Below are positions 46,032 to 55,648 of a stretch of 64,000 bases of DNA, piece after piece. Each line of letters begins with the position of its first letter. The first letter of the stretch is position 1. The position numbers were made by a program, and so were the translations under genes. The stretch comes from Prolixibacteraceae bacterium UBA1413 (GTDB taxonomy: Bacteria > Bacteroidota > Bacteroidia > Bacteroidales > Prolixibacteraceae): contig DBPT01000010.1 of NCBI GenBank assembly GCA_002304925.1, positions 15,615 to 79,614 on the forward strand. Reading direction: 5' to 3'. The notes beneath the pieces are model-generated. The model was not told the DNA's origin and made no database searches. It saw only the letters and a program-made list of their open reading frames with translations.

Positions 46032-48155
46032 TCAATTGGATTTCCTTGGGGTTATGGTCATTAATCCGCGGAAGGTATAATCTCTGCCCATTTTCAATAT
46101 AGGCTTCTGTGACGTATCGGAGTCTAATGTCGTTATAAAGGATTCACTCTGCAGGTCACTATGCCATGAAGGGAACCATTCGTCTTTAGATAATACCACA
46201 TCCGGATGAAAGGTAAGCATAATGGTTTCACCTATACGCATCCCCGTCAGATTGAATTTGCAGTTTAGCGGCGTAAGCATCGTACTCCCGGTTTGCGTTA
46301 TCTTTCCCAAACAAGGAACAGTCGGAAATTCACCAGCATCCACCTGAACAGAATATACCAGATTCATTGCATCCATAGACTCAAATAACTCAAAGGAAAA
46401 ATGATCCAGAACGACGTCATATAAATATTCCCCGACATCTAGATTTTCATTATAGGTATTGTTGGTTTCAGAGGTTTCGCGAATATCATTCCGATCATCC
46501 ACAGAGCACTTGAACGTATAGTTTCCCGGCTTGTCAACCGTGAAAGATCTTGTGGTGACTACCACCTGGTTTCCGGAATAAGCTGCTGCAATTCTACCCA
46601 TCGGAACCTCGACCAAAAAATCTACTGCCGGGGGAACGGTGTATACCCTGACTCTGAAGCTACTTGCGATCTGTTCAGGGTGCGAGAAGCCCAACTTTAT
46701 ATCAAGTGTGGCATCGTGACCCGCAACGGGAATTAGTCCGTCCGACCAGCTCATCCCCATAATAAAAATATCAGGATCGGGAGCGGGTGGTGGAGGATTG
46801 GTGACAGTCACAAACTGGGAAGATTCAATCAGGGTGGTGTCACTGAATACCACCAGTCCGTAATCCCCTTCCGCAATCTTGTAGTGGTTGAAAAAGAAAT
46901 TTTTGAGTTTTAACAGGTATTGTTCTGATTTCACTTGCCCGAGCTTGCTGATGGTGACCTCTTCCCGCTGCCGGATTATTTTGTCAATCCCTATTCTCGT
47001 GATTGGACTGGCCGGCGTCCTGTTGATGGCCTGGCGGATACCCGTGCCAGTCATGCCGGAAACGGGCTGATTTTCCTGCGGGGAGACAGGTTTTATTTCA
47101 GGGAAACGGGCTGCATTCAACGATTTGTTAACCTGGATGACCTGGTTTTCCGGAATATTCAGAAAAACACCTTCCCGGTCCATAGCATCCCTAAATAATG
47201 GGTACTTTGGATAGGTCCATTTTAATTCCTGATCCAGGTTGCCCAGCACAATGCGGTTGCTAGTATTTACAATCAGGGTGCCCTGGGGAAATTTGAATTT
47301 TTCAGTCCCTCCACGGATAAGTTTTACCTGAATATTTTCGAGTTTGTTCAGATGCTTACCATAGATATAGATTCTTTTTGTCTTGCCCAATTCAATATTT
47401 TCAGGTATGACTGTGGTAATTGTCGGAGTAATTTCCTTTATATCCAGGGCGGTGCCAAAATTAAAGCCGGTCAGTACCTTTCCCCTGACTGAAGGGGAGA
47501 GCGCCAGGACAAAGAAAAAGGCGAGAAAAATCGCGAGAAGTCCTACTCCGATGTAATTGGCCCCGGTCAGTTTACGTCCCTTTTTCAAAAAAATTATTGC
47601 GAAAACGATCAACCCGATGGCGAGGATAATGATGGATATCAATATGATCAGCCCGTTGAAGGCTTTATCCATCACATAGACGGTCTGGCCGGCTGTAACA
47701 ATGACCAGATCTTCTGCCGCGGCTGCAATGGTATTGATCTGGAGTTGCATCTGTGATCCGATCTGGTTGATGATTTTGGGGACACAATTTCCCATAACCT
47801 CTTCCAGCAAATGATCCAGCAGTTTGTCCAGTTCACTGAAAGCATTGTCAACCGAACCATCCAACCGGTCGAAGATATATCCCCCCGAATTCTGAAGAGT
47901 GGATTCCAGTATATCGGCAATACTGGATAACCGCCCGTCGATCAGGTCAGCCACTTCCTCGGTTATTTGCCCGGTCTCCAGCTTTTCATCCACATGGCGG
48001 GAGATATCATTAATTTCCTCCATCAGGTCGGTTGCTGAATCTGCTACATCTTCGACAGATTCCGTGATATCTTCGATAGATTCCGTGATATCTTCGATAC
48101 ATGCTGTCAAAGCGAATACAGTCAGGATTAACAGAGCAAATCTCAGTGGTTTCAT
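46032..48155 (-). CDS. Hypothetical lipoprotein/membrane protein with Ig-like and CARDB-like C-terminal domains
   Basis: 707 aa. Lipobox LTAC, heptad IEDITES repeats, two strong TM helices (GLIILISIIILAIGLIVFAIIFL, GVGLLAIFLAFFFVLAL), and a C-terminal VDDRNDIRETSETNNTY signature resembling CARDB. Visibly lower GC than its neighbours. Confidence 0.7.
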   Translation of the reverse strand: MKPLRFALLILTVFALTACIEDITESIEDITESVEDVADSATDLMEEINDISRHVDEKLETGQITEEVADLIDGRLSSIADILESTLQNSGGYIFDRLDGSVDNAFSELDKLLDHLLEEVMGNCVPKIINQIGSQMQLQINTIAAAAEDLVIVTAGQTVYVMDKAFNGLIILISIIILAIGLIVFAIIFLKKGRKLTGANYIGVGLLAIFLAFFFVLALSPSVRGKVLTGFNFGTALDIKEITPTITTVIPENIELGKTKRIYIYGKHLNKLENIQVKLIRGGTEKFKFPQGTLIVNTSNRIVLGNLDQELKWTYPKYPLFRDAMDREGVFLNIPENQVIQVNKSLNAARFPEIKPVSPQENQPVSGMTGTGIRQAINRTPASPITRIGIDKIIRQREEVTISKLGQVKSEQYLLKLKNFFFNHYKIAEGDYGLVVFSDTTLIESSQFVTVTNPPPPAPDPDIFIMGMSWSDGLIPVAGHDATLDIKLGFSHPEQIASSFRVRVYTVPPAVDFLVEVPMGRIAAAYSGNQVVVTTRSFTVDKPGNYTFKCSVDDRNDIRETSETNNTYNENLDVGEYLYDVVLDHFSFELFESMDAMNLVYSVQVDAGEFPTVPCLGKITQTGSTMLTPLNCKFNLTGMRIGETIMLTFHPDVVLSKDEWFPSWHSDLQSESFITTLDSDTSQKPILKMGRDYTFRGLMTITPRKSN
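48048..48099. repeat. In-frame 21-bp tandem repeat (about 2.5 units) inside the 707-aa gene
   Basis: ATCTTCGACAGATTCCGTGAT (48048-48068), ATCTTCGATAGATTCCGTGAT (48069-48089), and partial ATCTTCGATA (48090-48099). These encode the IEDITES / VEDVADS region just after the lipobox Cys. Confidence 0.9.
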
Positions 48156-48474
48156 TTGAATCTGGTTTATTAGTTCGTAATCTATTACAATATAGGTAAT
48201 TTTTCAATAGAAACAAAAAAGAAAATAAGGCATGGAGTATGGTGCGAATAATCCACTAAAGCCCCTAAACAGAGCTATTTAGAACAACTTGGATAACCCG
48301 ATAATTCAAAATTAATCTATGTGATTAAAGATGAGATTGGGAATATGGAAAATGCTGTTGTTGAAACAACGGCTTGCGAGATAAAAAAAATCATTCGTCG
48401 GTTTACCTGACAACAATGTAAAAAATTATACTGTCAAATATAGCCATATACCGGTGAAAATACAAGAAAAAAGA

Positions 48475-48498
48475 AAGGGCTTCATTTCTGAAGCCCTT
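48475..48498 (-). terminator. Intrinsic terminator after tRNA-Arg
   Basis: Perfect 10-bp stem AAGGGCTTCA / TGAAGCCCTT with a 4-nt loop, followed by a U-run on the minus strand. Confidence 0.8.
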
Positions 48499-48519
48499 GA
48501 TAATCTGTTTATTGTCTTG

Positions 48520-48593
48520 TGATCCCGGAGGAATTCGAATCCCCAACCTTCTGATCCGTAGTCAGATGCTCTATCCAATTAAGCTACGGGACC
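48520..48593 (-). tRNA. tRNA-Arg (anticodon ACG)
   Basis: Manually folded 74-nt cloverleaf: acceptor GGTCCCG/CGGGATC, D-arm GCTT-AATTGGATA-GAGC, anticodon arm TCTGA-CTACGGA-TCAGA, T-arm GGGGA-TTCGAAT-TCCTC. No encoded CCA. Confidence 0.9.
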
Positions 48594-48613
48594 CTTTTTG
48601 CCTTATGGCGCTG

Positions 48614-48621
48614 CAAATATA
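48614..48621 (-). promoter_or_regulatory. Candidate -7 box (TATATTTG on minus strand) for tRNA-Arg
   Basis: Plus-strand CAAATATA lies 21 nt upstream of the tRNA 5' end. Confidence 0.35.
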
Positions 48622-48709
48622 GGATTTAATTTGCATTTTTATTTTGCAGCCCACGATTTTTTGAGTCTCCGGGTTACCGGCGGGAATCGGTTCCTGTCAT
48701 GCGGCTGCA

Positions 48710-49537
48710 TTACCACTTCAGATCTGATTTCCAGAGGCTCTGAACATCGAGGTTTTCTTTTTCAATATCCAGGAAATGCTTAAAGGTGCCCACCTTCAGT
48801 TCATAGGTAGCTGCCTCGTCACATACAATCATAGCGCGGGGATGGAGCTGCAGGGCGCTGGCAGTCCACATGTGGCTGACCCCCTCCTCCACAACGTGGC
48901 GGAGGGCACGGGCTTTGTTATGGCCGTTGACAATAATCAGCACCTCCCGGGCATCCATCACAGTTCCCACGCCTACCGTCAGCGCCAGTTTCGGGACTTT
49001 CGAAACATCGTTTCCAAAAAACCTTGAGTTCACCAGCCGGGTATCATAGTTCAACTCTTTGGCCCGGGTGCGGCTGGAGAGGGAAGATCCGGGCTCGTTG
49101 AATGCAATGTGCCCGTCAACACCGATGCCACCGAGGAAGAGATGGATCCCCCCTACTGACCTTATTTTCTCCTCATAACGCGCACACTCAGCCTCGATGT
49201 CGGTGGCCAGACCGTCGAGGATGTTGACATTCTCCTTCTGTATGTCAATATGGTTGAAGAAATTGGACCACATAAACCAATGGTAGCTCTGCGGATGTTC
49301 AGGATCGAGACCCACATACTCATCCATATTGAAAGTGACCACATTTTTGAAGGAGACCCTCCCCAGTTTATAGAGAGAGATGAGTTCACTGTAAACGCCC
49401 AGCGGTGAGGAACCGGTGGGCAATCCCAGGACAAAAGGTTTTTGCGCCGTTGGCCTGAAAAGTTCTATTTTCCGGGCGATATAACTGGCTGTCCACCGGG
49501 CCAGGTATTCATAGTCTGGTTGGATGATGATTCTCAT
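48710..49537 (-). CDS. nagB: Glucosamine-6-phosphate deaminase
   Basis: 275 aa. Contains [22 protein letters not shown] and [17 protein letters not shown]. Confidence 0.93.
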   Translation of the reverse strand: MRIIIQPDYEYLARWTASYIARKIELFRPTAQKPFVLGLPTGSSPLGVYSELISLYKLGRVSFKNVVTFNMDEYVGLDPEHPQSYHWFMWSNFFNHIDIQKENVNILDGLATDIEAECARYEEKIRSVGGIHLFLGGIGVDGHIAFNEPGSSLSSRTRAKELNYDTRLVNSRFFGNDVSKVPKLALTVGVGTVMDAREVLIIVNGHNKARALRHVVEEGVSHMWTASALQLHPRAMIVCDEAATYELKVGTFKHFLDIEKENLDVQSLWKSDLKW

Positions 49538-49556
49538 TTTTATTACGTCATTAAAA

Positions 49557-51545
49557 TTATTGCAGTTGTCTTATTTGTTTGATCATTGTTTCGGCAAGTT
49601 CGCTTTTTTTTCGGATATGTTCAACAACTTCGGTGACAAATCTGTTTTTTTCGAAGGTTCCCCTGACTTTGATAAAATCCTGCTCCCTGACCTGCTTATC
49701 ACCGTCCATACCATACCCTGTCATGGCACTCAGCCTGAATTCCTTGCGGGCGTCTTCATAAAGCAGTTTATCAAGGCCGGTAACACACTCCTTCCATTCC
49801 GAAATGAAGGCCACAAGGTCGTCACAGGAAAGCTCTTCCAGTTTTTTGTCCAGGGTTTTCTCCAGCAGACCGGCAGCCCAGGTCCATTCCATTTCATAAT
49901 AATCATTATGGAGTGCCTTCAGGTTTTTCTCCAATTCATGGAGATTACCGATTTCACCCGATTCAGTCATCCTCAGCAATCTTTTTATTTCGTTTTTGGG
50001 AGCTATCAGGCCACAGGCATCTATCCAGTCCCCTTCTCCTCTCTCTGATTCAGGCCGGAGCCATCGGACCAGTTCTTCGCAACTGCTGTATTTTTTCTTC
50101 TCTATTCTGCTGATCAATGAATTTCCAAGAAATTTGATGATCGCCATCTGGTAGAGTTCCATTCCCCGGATCAGGGAATTACGTGAGATGAAAGTTGTCC
50201 CCCAGCTATAGGTTTCTGTAGCCTCACCTGAAATCTGCCTGATTTGTCCCAGGATTTGTTTTCCCTTTACCATTCGCTGTATTGTAAACGGACTAAGCAG
50301 GTTGTAGTTTATGGAATCGAGCAATTCCGGGTCTTTTCTCAAATCGCGGCGAGGCCATTTAATGGCATCGCGGATGGTCCCTACGCTTTTCAGATTAACG
50401 CCCGGCACAAGCCAGCTGTTGTCCTTGTTTTCGATCAAGTAGGAGAATGGCATATCTGAGGTATCGTTATTTTTATAATGCCGCCCCATTACCAGGGTAA
50501 AGGGGCCAATCAGCGCCGGCCACAGCACGAAGGAGTCGCTTGTGGTTTTGGTCCCTCTTTCCACAATCCCGTGGTGGATAGGTCCCAGTTTGTACATGTG
50601 GTTGCTTTGGTTGGAACCGCTACCGGCATTGCAGAATGAGAACATCCCTGAAATCAGCAACGTGGATTTGTGATGCGATACTGTAAATGGACCTGCAAAG
50701 ATACTGCACGCTTCACCGTTAAATCCCTGGAAGTTGCTAAAAAAAAGGGAATTAATGGCTGAATAATGCTTGCTCAATACACATCCCTGTCCGATGAAGC
50801 AGTTGGTGACCACAGCATGATCACTTACCTCGCTTCCCGAGGAAATGATAAACCGTTCAGCTACCACGTTATTTCCGATCGTCACCCTGTCATATTCATT
50901 GCTGTTTACCGATCCTTCCTGAAGTCGGGCAGCCCCGGAGATGAACGCATGGCTCCCGATCCTGACATTAATAATTTGTCCGGCATCCATGATCTGCGCG
51001 TAGGGGCCGACATACCCCCGTTCTGACCTGATCCCATCAGCATAATCAAGAATCATGGTTGTTATGATGTCCAGGAAATTGTGGTAGTGGCGGTAAAAAG
51101 CCATCAGATAAGCCGTATGGGCCGATAAATTGTCGTAAATAAGAAGTTGTCGCCCGCCAGTCTCATCGAGAACATTGACCTGCACGCCGTTGCCAAAAGC
51201 AGACTGTCCTTCGGTATAAATTCGGTCACAGTTGGTGATAACCGCATGATCCCCGATATCGTAATTGGCAATATACCCTTTGATATTGCCGATGAAAGCC
51301 TGGTCCCCCACCCTGCATTCATGAAGCCAGGCATCGCAGATACCCGCCTTCTGATGAACTCCTCCCGGGAAAGTCATGTCATCGGTAAAAGTCCCGAGGA
51401 AATTTTTCCCGGTAAACCTGCTATTCCGGACTGAGGAAGTCTGGAATCCCGGAGAAACGAAAAGATTGGACCAATCATCGGCGATACATCCCTGTTTTTG
51501 CAGAACAGCAATCTCAACCGGTGTAAGCTGTCTGAATTCTGCCAT
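49557..51545 (-). CDS. Large beta-helix-like protein (DUF4954-like), co-operonic with nagB
   Basis: 662 aa with hexapeptide-like irregular repeats in the N-terminal 350 aa and a helical C-terminal part. The DUF4954 assignment is from memory (size and nagB neighbourhood). Confidence 0.55.
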   Translation of the reverse strand: MAEFRQLTPVEIAVLQKQGCIADDWSNLFVSPGFQTSSVRNSRFTGKNFLGTFTDDMTFPGGVHQKAGICDAWLHECRVGDQAFIGNIKGYIANYDIGDHAVITNCDRIYTEGQSAFGNGVQVNVLDETGGRQLLIYDNLSAHTAYLMAFYRHYHNFLDIITTMILDYADGIRSERGYVGPYAQIMDAGQIINVRIGSHAFISGAARLQEGSVNSNEYDRVTIGNNVVAERFIISSGSEVSDHAVVTNCFIGQGCVLSKHYSAINSLFFSNFQGFNGEACSIFAGPFTVSHHKSTLLISGMFSFCNAGSGSNQSNHMYKLGPIHHGIVERGTKTTSDSFVLWPALIGPFTLVMGRHYKNNDTSDMPFSYLIENKDNSWLVPGVNLKSVGTIRDAIKWPRRDLRKDPELLDSINYNLLSPFTIQRMVKGKQILGQIRQISGEATETYSWGTTFISRNSLIRGMELYQMAIIKFLGNSLISRIEKKKYSSCEELVRWLRPESERGEGDWIDACGLIAPKNEIKRLLRMTESGEIGNLHELEKNLKALHNDYYEMEWTWAAGLLEKTLDKKLEELSCDDLVAFISEWKECVTGLDKLLYEDARKEFRLSAMTGYGMDGDKQVREQDFIKVRGTFEKNRFVTEVVEHIRKKSELAETMIKQIRQLQ

Positions 51546-51607
51546 AAGAAAGTTTTGTCGTAGTGGAGTTTAAAGGATTGAACGGAGCGTCGGAAAGAGG
51601 GTCATGG

Positions 51608-52318
51608 TCAGCGTGCCGGTAGCAACCTGGCAAGGTATTCGCCGTTTTCCCCATCAGCAATCCGGGTACAGCTGAAACCCAGCCGAATAGCGGTTTCACA
51701 CAGTGTGTCACAGTCCACGAACAGCCAGAAGAATTTTTCACTTCTTACATTTTCGTATGTCATTTCATAAATCATCTCCCCGTAGTAGTTTTCCCGTGAG
51801 AGGTCAATCCACACCGAGCCGTCCTCCTCGGTAAAGAGGTAGCTAATGTCGGAGGAATCAAGGAGTATTTGTCCTCCAGGGGCCAATAAGGTTTTCAGAT
51901 GTCGCAGCAGCCGGGAGAGTCCCTCAAGGGTCCCGGCAATTCCAGTTCCGTTCATCAGCATCAGAATGGTATCATACCTGCCAGCGGTGATGTCAAAAAT
52001 ATCGCTGCAAATTACCTCGCGGATTCCACGCTCGCGCATCACCTCACAGGAAAGTTCCGATTTATCAACCGCTGTGACCCGGAGGTTTCTATTTTGCAAT
52101 TCCAGGGCATGGCATCCGGCACCTGCACCCACATCAATCACGCTGCCGCGGCAATGATCCAGGGCAGTCACCTCGATCGCCGACATCTCTGCAATTCCGC
52201 GGAAAAAAATTGCGGGATCCATCTCTTCACCTTCTGTGTAATTGGAATCGACAATGATCATTTCTGCTTTTCCCGAATGATAAAAATCATATACCGCCTG
52301 CCCCATGGGATCACTCAT
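51608..52318 (-). CDS. Class I SAM-dependent methyltransferase
   Basis: 236 aa with motif I VIDVGAGAGCHA. Confidence 0.8.
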   Translation of the reverse strand: MSDPMGQAVYDFYHSGKAEMIIVDSNYTEGEEMDPAIFFRGIAEMSAIEVTALDHCRGSVIDVGAGAGCHALELQNRNLRVTAVDKSELSCEVMRERGIREVICSDIFDITAGRYDTILMLMNGTGIAGTLEGLSRLLRHLKTLLAPGGQILLDSSDISYLFTEEDGSVWIDLSRENYYGEMIYEMTYENVRSEKFFWLFVDCDTLCETAIRLGFSCTRIADGENGEYLARLLPAR

Positions 52319-52469
52319 GCCAGGTAATTTTTTCCCTAAATTAAGACAAATAGGTGAAGCTTGTGCTTCCGGAATAGAAACTTTACCTTAACCGTGCGAT
52401 TGTTAATCTTAAAATAAAAAAGGCCGTTCCGGGAGAGGAACAGCCTGTATCATAAAAGGGATCAGGGGA

Positions 52470-53978
52470 TCAGAACCTGAATCCCAATGTAAAGAGGACT
52501 TTGTGAGTGTTTTGGTCAAACTGTGCAAATTGGGGTTCAGGATAGTCGCTGGTCAGGGGAGCCGGGTAGAGTTTGTTAAACTGGGTGTAACCACTATTCC
52601 GGTAGGCTATATCAACAAAGAAGCTCCCGGTACTGTAACCAAATCCCACAGAACAAACCTGGTAATCTTCTTTTGCGTTGAACTGGTCCTTACCAAATGC
52701 GCTGGTATTGAAAGCCGACGGATAGAGTTCATATCCTGCACGTAGGGAGAAGGCGTCCGTCAGGCGGTACTCACCACCGACGCGGAAATTCGTAACTGCC
52801 TTGAAGATTTCGTTGATATCCTGGTTTTGGTCAGCAAAATCGTAACCGTCACCTCCCTTCCGCAGCTTGGCGACAGAATGGTCAACATATTCAATATCGG
52901 CACTCACAAGGCCTTTTTTGCCGACCACCAGCGCACCGCTCAAGGTTGCCTTAAACGGGGTTACCAGCTCATAATCGTAATCGCTGAAAGGAGATTCTTT
53001 CTTGAATCTCTCGGTGGAATTGTCATCCCAGGTAACGGAGGAATTTATCCCTGTTTCGAACTTGTCGTTGAGTCCGAGCACGGTGGGCGTCGCCAGGGAA
53101 GCCCCAATCCGCAGGCTGTTTATAGGTTTGAAGATGGCGCCGATTTTGAAATTGTATCCCGTACCGTAGGTCCTGAGCGACTGGTTGAATTCAAAATCGT
53201 TCAGGTAAGGGATGGTGCCATCCAGATCCTTTTCAGTGAGTGTAGTGAATTCCTTGTAATACAGATCCACCACTCCGAGGGAAGCCCCCAGATAAAACCT
53301 GTGGTTGAAGTTAAATCCCACCCCCAGGGTATATTCGTCCATGGTGCCGGCGCGGTCGAAACTCTTCCGCTGGTAATGGCCTTTGTACTGGCTGCTCCCG
53401 CGCGCGGTCTCCATATCGCTGAAATAATAGCCCTCATCGGTCTTGTCCAGCAAATAAGTTTCCCATGCCAGGTCTTCATAATATTCACTCCACTCTCCGT
53501 AATTTGCATTCTCAGCCATATGATCCAGGAATGAAGATTTTGCATCAAAGGCCTGAGTAATGGCATAGGAGTTAAAATCCTTCAGCCGGTTATAGCCGAT
53601 TCCCAGGTTGACACTCACCAGACCGCTCTGATTGTTCTTTCCGGAATTCAGGACAGCCACATAGCCGAGGTTTCCCATTCCCGGCTTATAGTTGTTTTCC
53701 TGCATGGTATTGCCAATGTAGGAGGAATTGATCTCCGTCATATTGAATCCGGGGGTCAGTGAAAACTCCGAGGTCCGGTAAATCCCCAGTCCGGCAGGAT
53801 TGATTCCCACGCCTGTGAAGTCGTTTCCCAAGGCTCCGAAGGCATTTCCCATGGCTCCGGATCTTGCTGAACCTTCGATTTTTCCGGATGAGTAGCGGTA
53901 AGCATCTTCAAAATTCTGGGCGCCGGCCCATGTCGGCAAAAGGATCACCAAAAGTATGATCAGAAAATTTTTGTTCAT
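52470..53978 (-). CDS. FadL/OmpP1-like outer-membrane beta-barrel protein
   Basis: 502 aa. Signal peptide ending AGAQ, N-terminal GAMGNAFGALGNDFTGVGINPAGL motif, alternating beta-strand pattern, and a C-terminal LGFRF beta-signal. Confidence 0.7.
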   Translation of the reverse strand: MNKNFLIILLVILLPTWAGAQNFEDAYRYSSGKIEGSARSGAMGNAFGALGNDFTGVGINPAGLGIYRTSEFSLTPGFNMTEINSSYIGNTMQENNYKPGMGNLGYVAVLNSGKNNQSGLVSVNLGIGYNRLKDFNSYAITQAFDAKSSFLDHMAENANYGEWSEYYEDLAWETYLLDKTDEGYYFSDMETARGSSQYKGHYQRKSFDRAGTMDEYTLGVGFNFNHRFYLGASLGVVDLYYKEFTTLTEKDLDGTIPYLNDFEFNQSLRTYGTGYNFKIGAIFKPINSLRIGASLATPTVLGLNDKFETGINSSVTWDDNSTERFKKESPFSDYDYELVTPFKATLSGALVVGKKGLVSADIEYVDHSVAKLRKGGDGYDFADQNQDINEIFKAVTNFRVGGEYRLTDAFSLRAGYELYPSAFNTSAFGKDQFNAKEDYQVCSVGFGYSTGSFFVDIAYRNSGYTQFNKLYPAPLTSDYPEPQFAQFDQNTHKVLFTLGFRF

Positions 53979-54016
53979 GGCAAAAATATTATAATAAATG
54001 GTTTGATCTGAATAGA

Positions 54017-55549
54017 TTAACGTCTTCCGCTGCCTCCTGAAGAGCGGCCACCGCCACCTCCTGACGAAGAACCTCCGCCGCCGTAATTCCCTGACGAGGA
54101 ACTACTGCTTCCGCTGTAACTTCCTGAGGAGGAGCTGCGGCTGGGAGCACTGTAGGAGGGTGAAGATGATCCCGAACTGGGGGCACTGTAGGTGCTATGA
54201 CTGGGAGTACTGTAAGTGCTCCTGTTCACAGTCCCTGATGAGGAACTCCTGTTATAAGTGGAAGTGCTGCGGTAGGTCCGGGAACTGCTGGAACTGCTGC
54301 TCGGACGGGAATAGGTGGTTGCAGGACGCTGGGTACTCTTCACGGTTTCCGACGGCGAGGTTGATCCGGAAGCGGAAGGACGGCTGGACCCCTGAACGTT
54401 GTAACTACTGCGGTTTGTGGAACGCTGCTGGTTGTAACTGGGGGTATAGCTGTTTTGGTCGGTGCTAGGGGTACCCGTACTCCTGGCGGAGGTGGCGGGC
54501 CGGGTATATTGGCCCTGGGCTCCGCTGGCACTGCGTGAAACCGCCGTGCTACCCTCACGGGTCCGCTGAGCGGGCTGGTCGTTGGTGCCACGCCTCATTT
54601 CCGTCTTCGCCCGGCTCTGGCTTCCGGTACCTGCCCTGACACTCCCCGAACCGGTCGTTTCGGGGGTTATCGTACGCTCCCGGCGCTCCCCCGATGAGAC
54701 GGAATTCCTTTCGTTACGGAGATCGGCACTTTTCAGCCCGTCTCTTCCACTGGTGATGGCTGACGTACGGGTTCCGTATCCCCCTCCGCCTGCAACCAGG
54801 GTATTGAAATCACGACGGTGACCATACCGGTAATCCTCCCTGTCGATGTAATAGCCGCCTCCCCAGTAATATCCATAGTAGGGATAACCCCAGGAATAGT
54901 ATGGATAACCCCATCCGCCTCCCCAGCCATAATAGCTGTAAGGACTGTACCAACCTCCGTAGTAACCGCCATAATAACCTCCGTACCACGGAGAATAACC
55001 CCATCCCCAGGGATCATAACCCCAGCCCCAGCCCATCGACCAGTATAAGGAGGAATAGGGATAATACCAGCTGTCCCAATACCAGTCATTCCAGTAAAAG
55101 GGATCGTAAAAACGGGAATAAGGCCTGTGGAAACGGTTAATACGATAGGCAAAATCAATGTCCGTACCGTCGTAGTAATTGTTGATCACATATTTAACTT
55201 CATTTTCATCATAGTAAACCGTGGTATCCGAACCTTCCAATTGCATCTGATCCATGTTGTAGAGTTGCGCATCCACGTATTCACCGGCATCCTCCCCGTC
55301 AAAAATGTAGTTGTTCATCGTTTGACTGCCTTCATCATTCTCCCTGATCTCACTGATGATGATCCGGCGGGCTGATTTTTCAGCCTCTTCCTCAACGATT
55401 TGCGGAGATTCTTCCATAACCACCGGCGGAGGTACATCGGCCGGATTGAAATAAATGCCATCCACAAAACCTGTGGAGACATAGGATCCGGTGGTACATG
55501 CACTCAAAATCAGTGCAATTGCAGCAACCAGAAAAAATTTAGTTTTCAT
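54017..55549 (-). CDS. Low-complexity lipoprotein (acidic N-domain, W/Y/G-rich block, Ser/Thr/Arg-rich tail, Gly/Ser terminus)
   Basis: 510 aa. Lipobox LILSAC. It has an ~85-aa block made almost entirely of W/Y/G/P/S/D (…WGWGYDPWGWGYSPWYGGYYGGYYGGWYSPYSYYGWGGGWGYPYY…). A ~230-aa S/T/R-rich region follows, and the protein ends in GGGGSSSGGGGGRSSGGSGRR. Confidence 0.65.
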   Translation of the reverse strand: MKTKFFLVAAIALILSACTTGSYVSTGFVDGIYFNPADVPPPVVMEESPQIVEEEAEKSARRIIISEIRENDEGSQTMNNYIFDGEDAGEYVDAQLYNMDQMQLEGSDTTVYYDENEVKYVINNYYDGTDIDFAYRINRFHRPYSRFYDPFYWNDWYWDSWYYPYSSLYWSMGWGWGYDPWGWGYSPWYGGYYGGYYGGWYSPYSYYGWGGGWGYPYYSWGYPYYGYYWGGGYYIDREDYRYGHRRDFNTLVAGGGGYGTRTSAITSGRDGLKSADLRNERNSVSSGERRERTITPETTGSGSVRAGTGSQSRAKTEMRRGTNDQPAQRTREGSTAVSRSASGAQGQYTRPATSARSTGTPSTDQNSYTPSYNQQRSTNRSSYNVQGSSRPSASGSTSPSETVKSTQRPATTYSRPSSSSSSSRTYRSTSTYNRSSSSGTVNRSTYSTPSHSTYSAPSSGSSSPSYSAPSRSSSSGSYSGSSSSSSGNYGGGGSSSGGGGGRSSGGSGRR

Positions 55550-55648
55550 TACGATTCCTCCCTCTTTACATTATTGTGTTAATTTACTTATTTTGCAAAC
55601 AGAAAATACTTACTTATTAGGAGCAAAATTTGTACCAAAGTTAATATT

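Noticed and set aside
48300-48420. Tiny ORF (MRLGIWKMLLLKQRLAR, 17 codons) in the AT-rich spacer upstream of the 707-aa gene
   Set aside because: It is too short, has no start context or conservation evidence, and is expected by chance in AT-rich DNA.
54017-55549. Possibility that the low-complexity lipoprotein ORF is an artefact and the real gene is one of the overlapping ORFs (54160-54468, 54340-54591, 54733-55158 and others)
   Set aside because: The 510-aa frame is the only one that is long. It begins with a canonical lipoprotein signal and is spaced 38 nt from the downstream barrel gene. The alternatives are short and equally low-complexity. I kept it as a CDS, but at moderate confidence.
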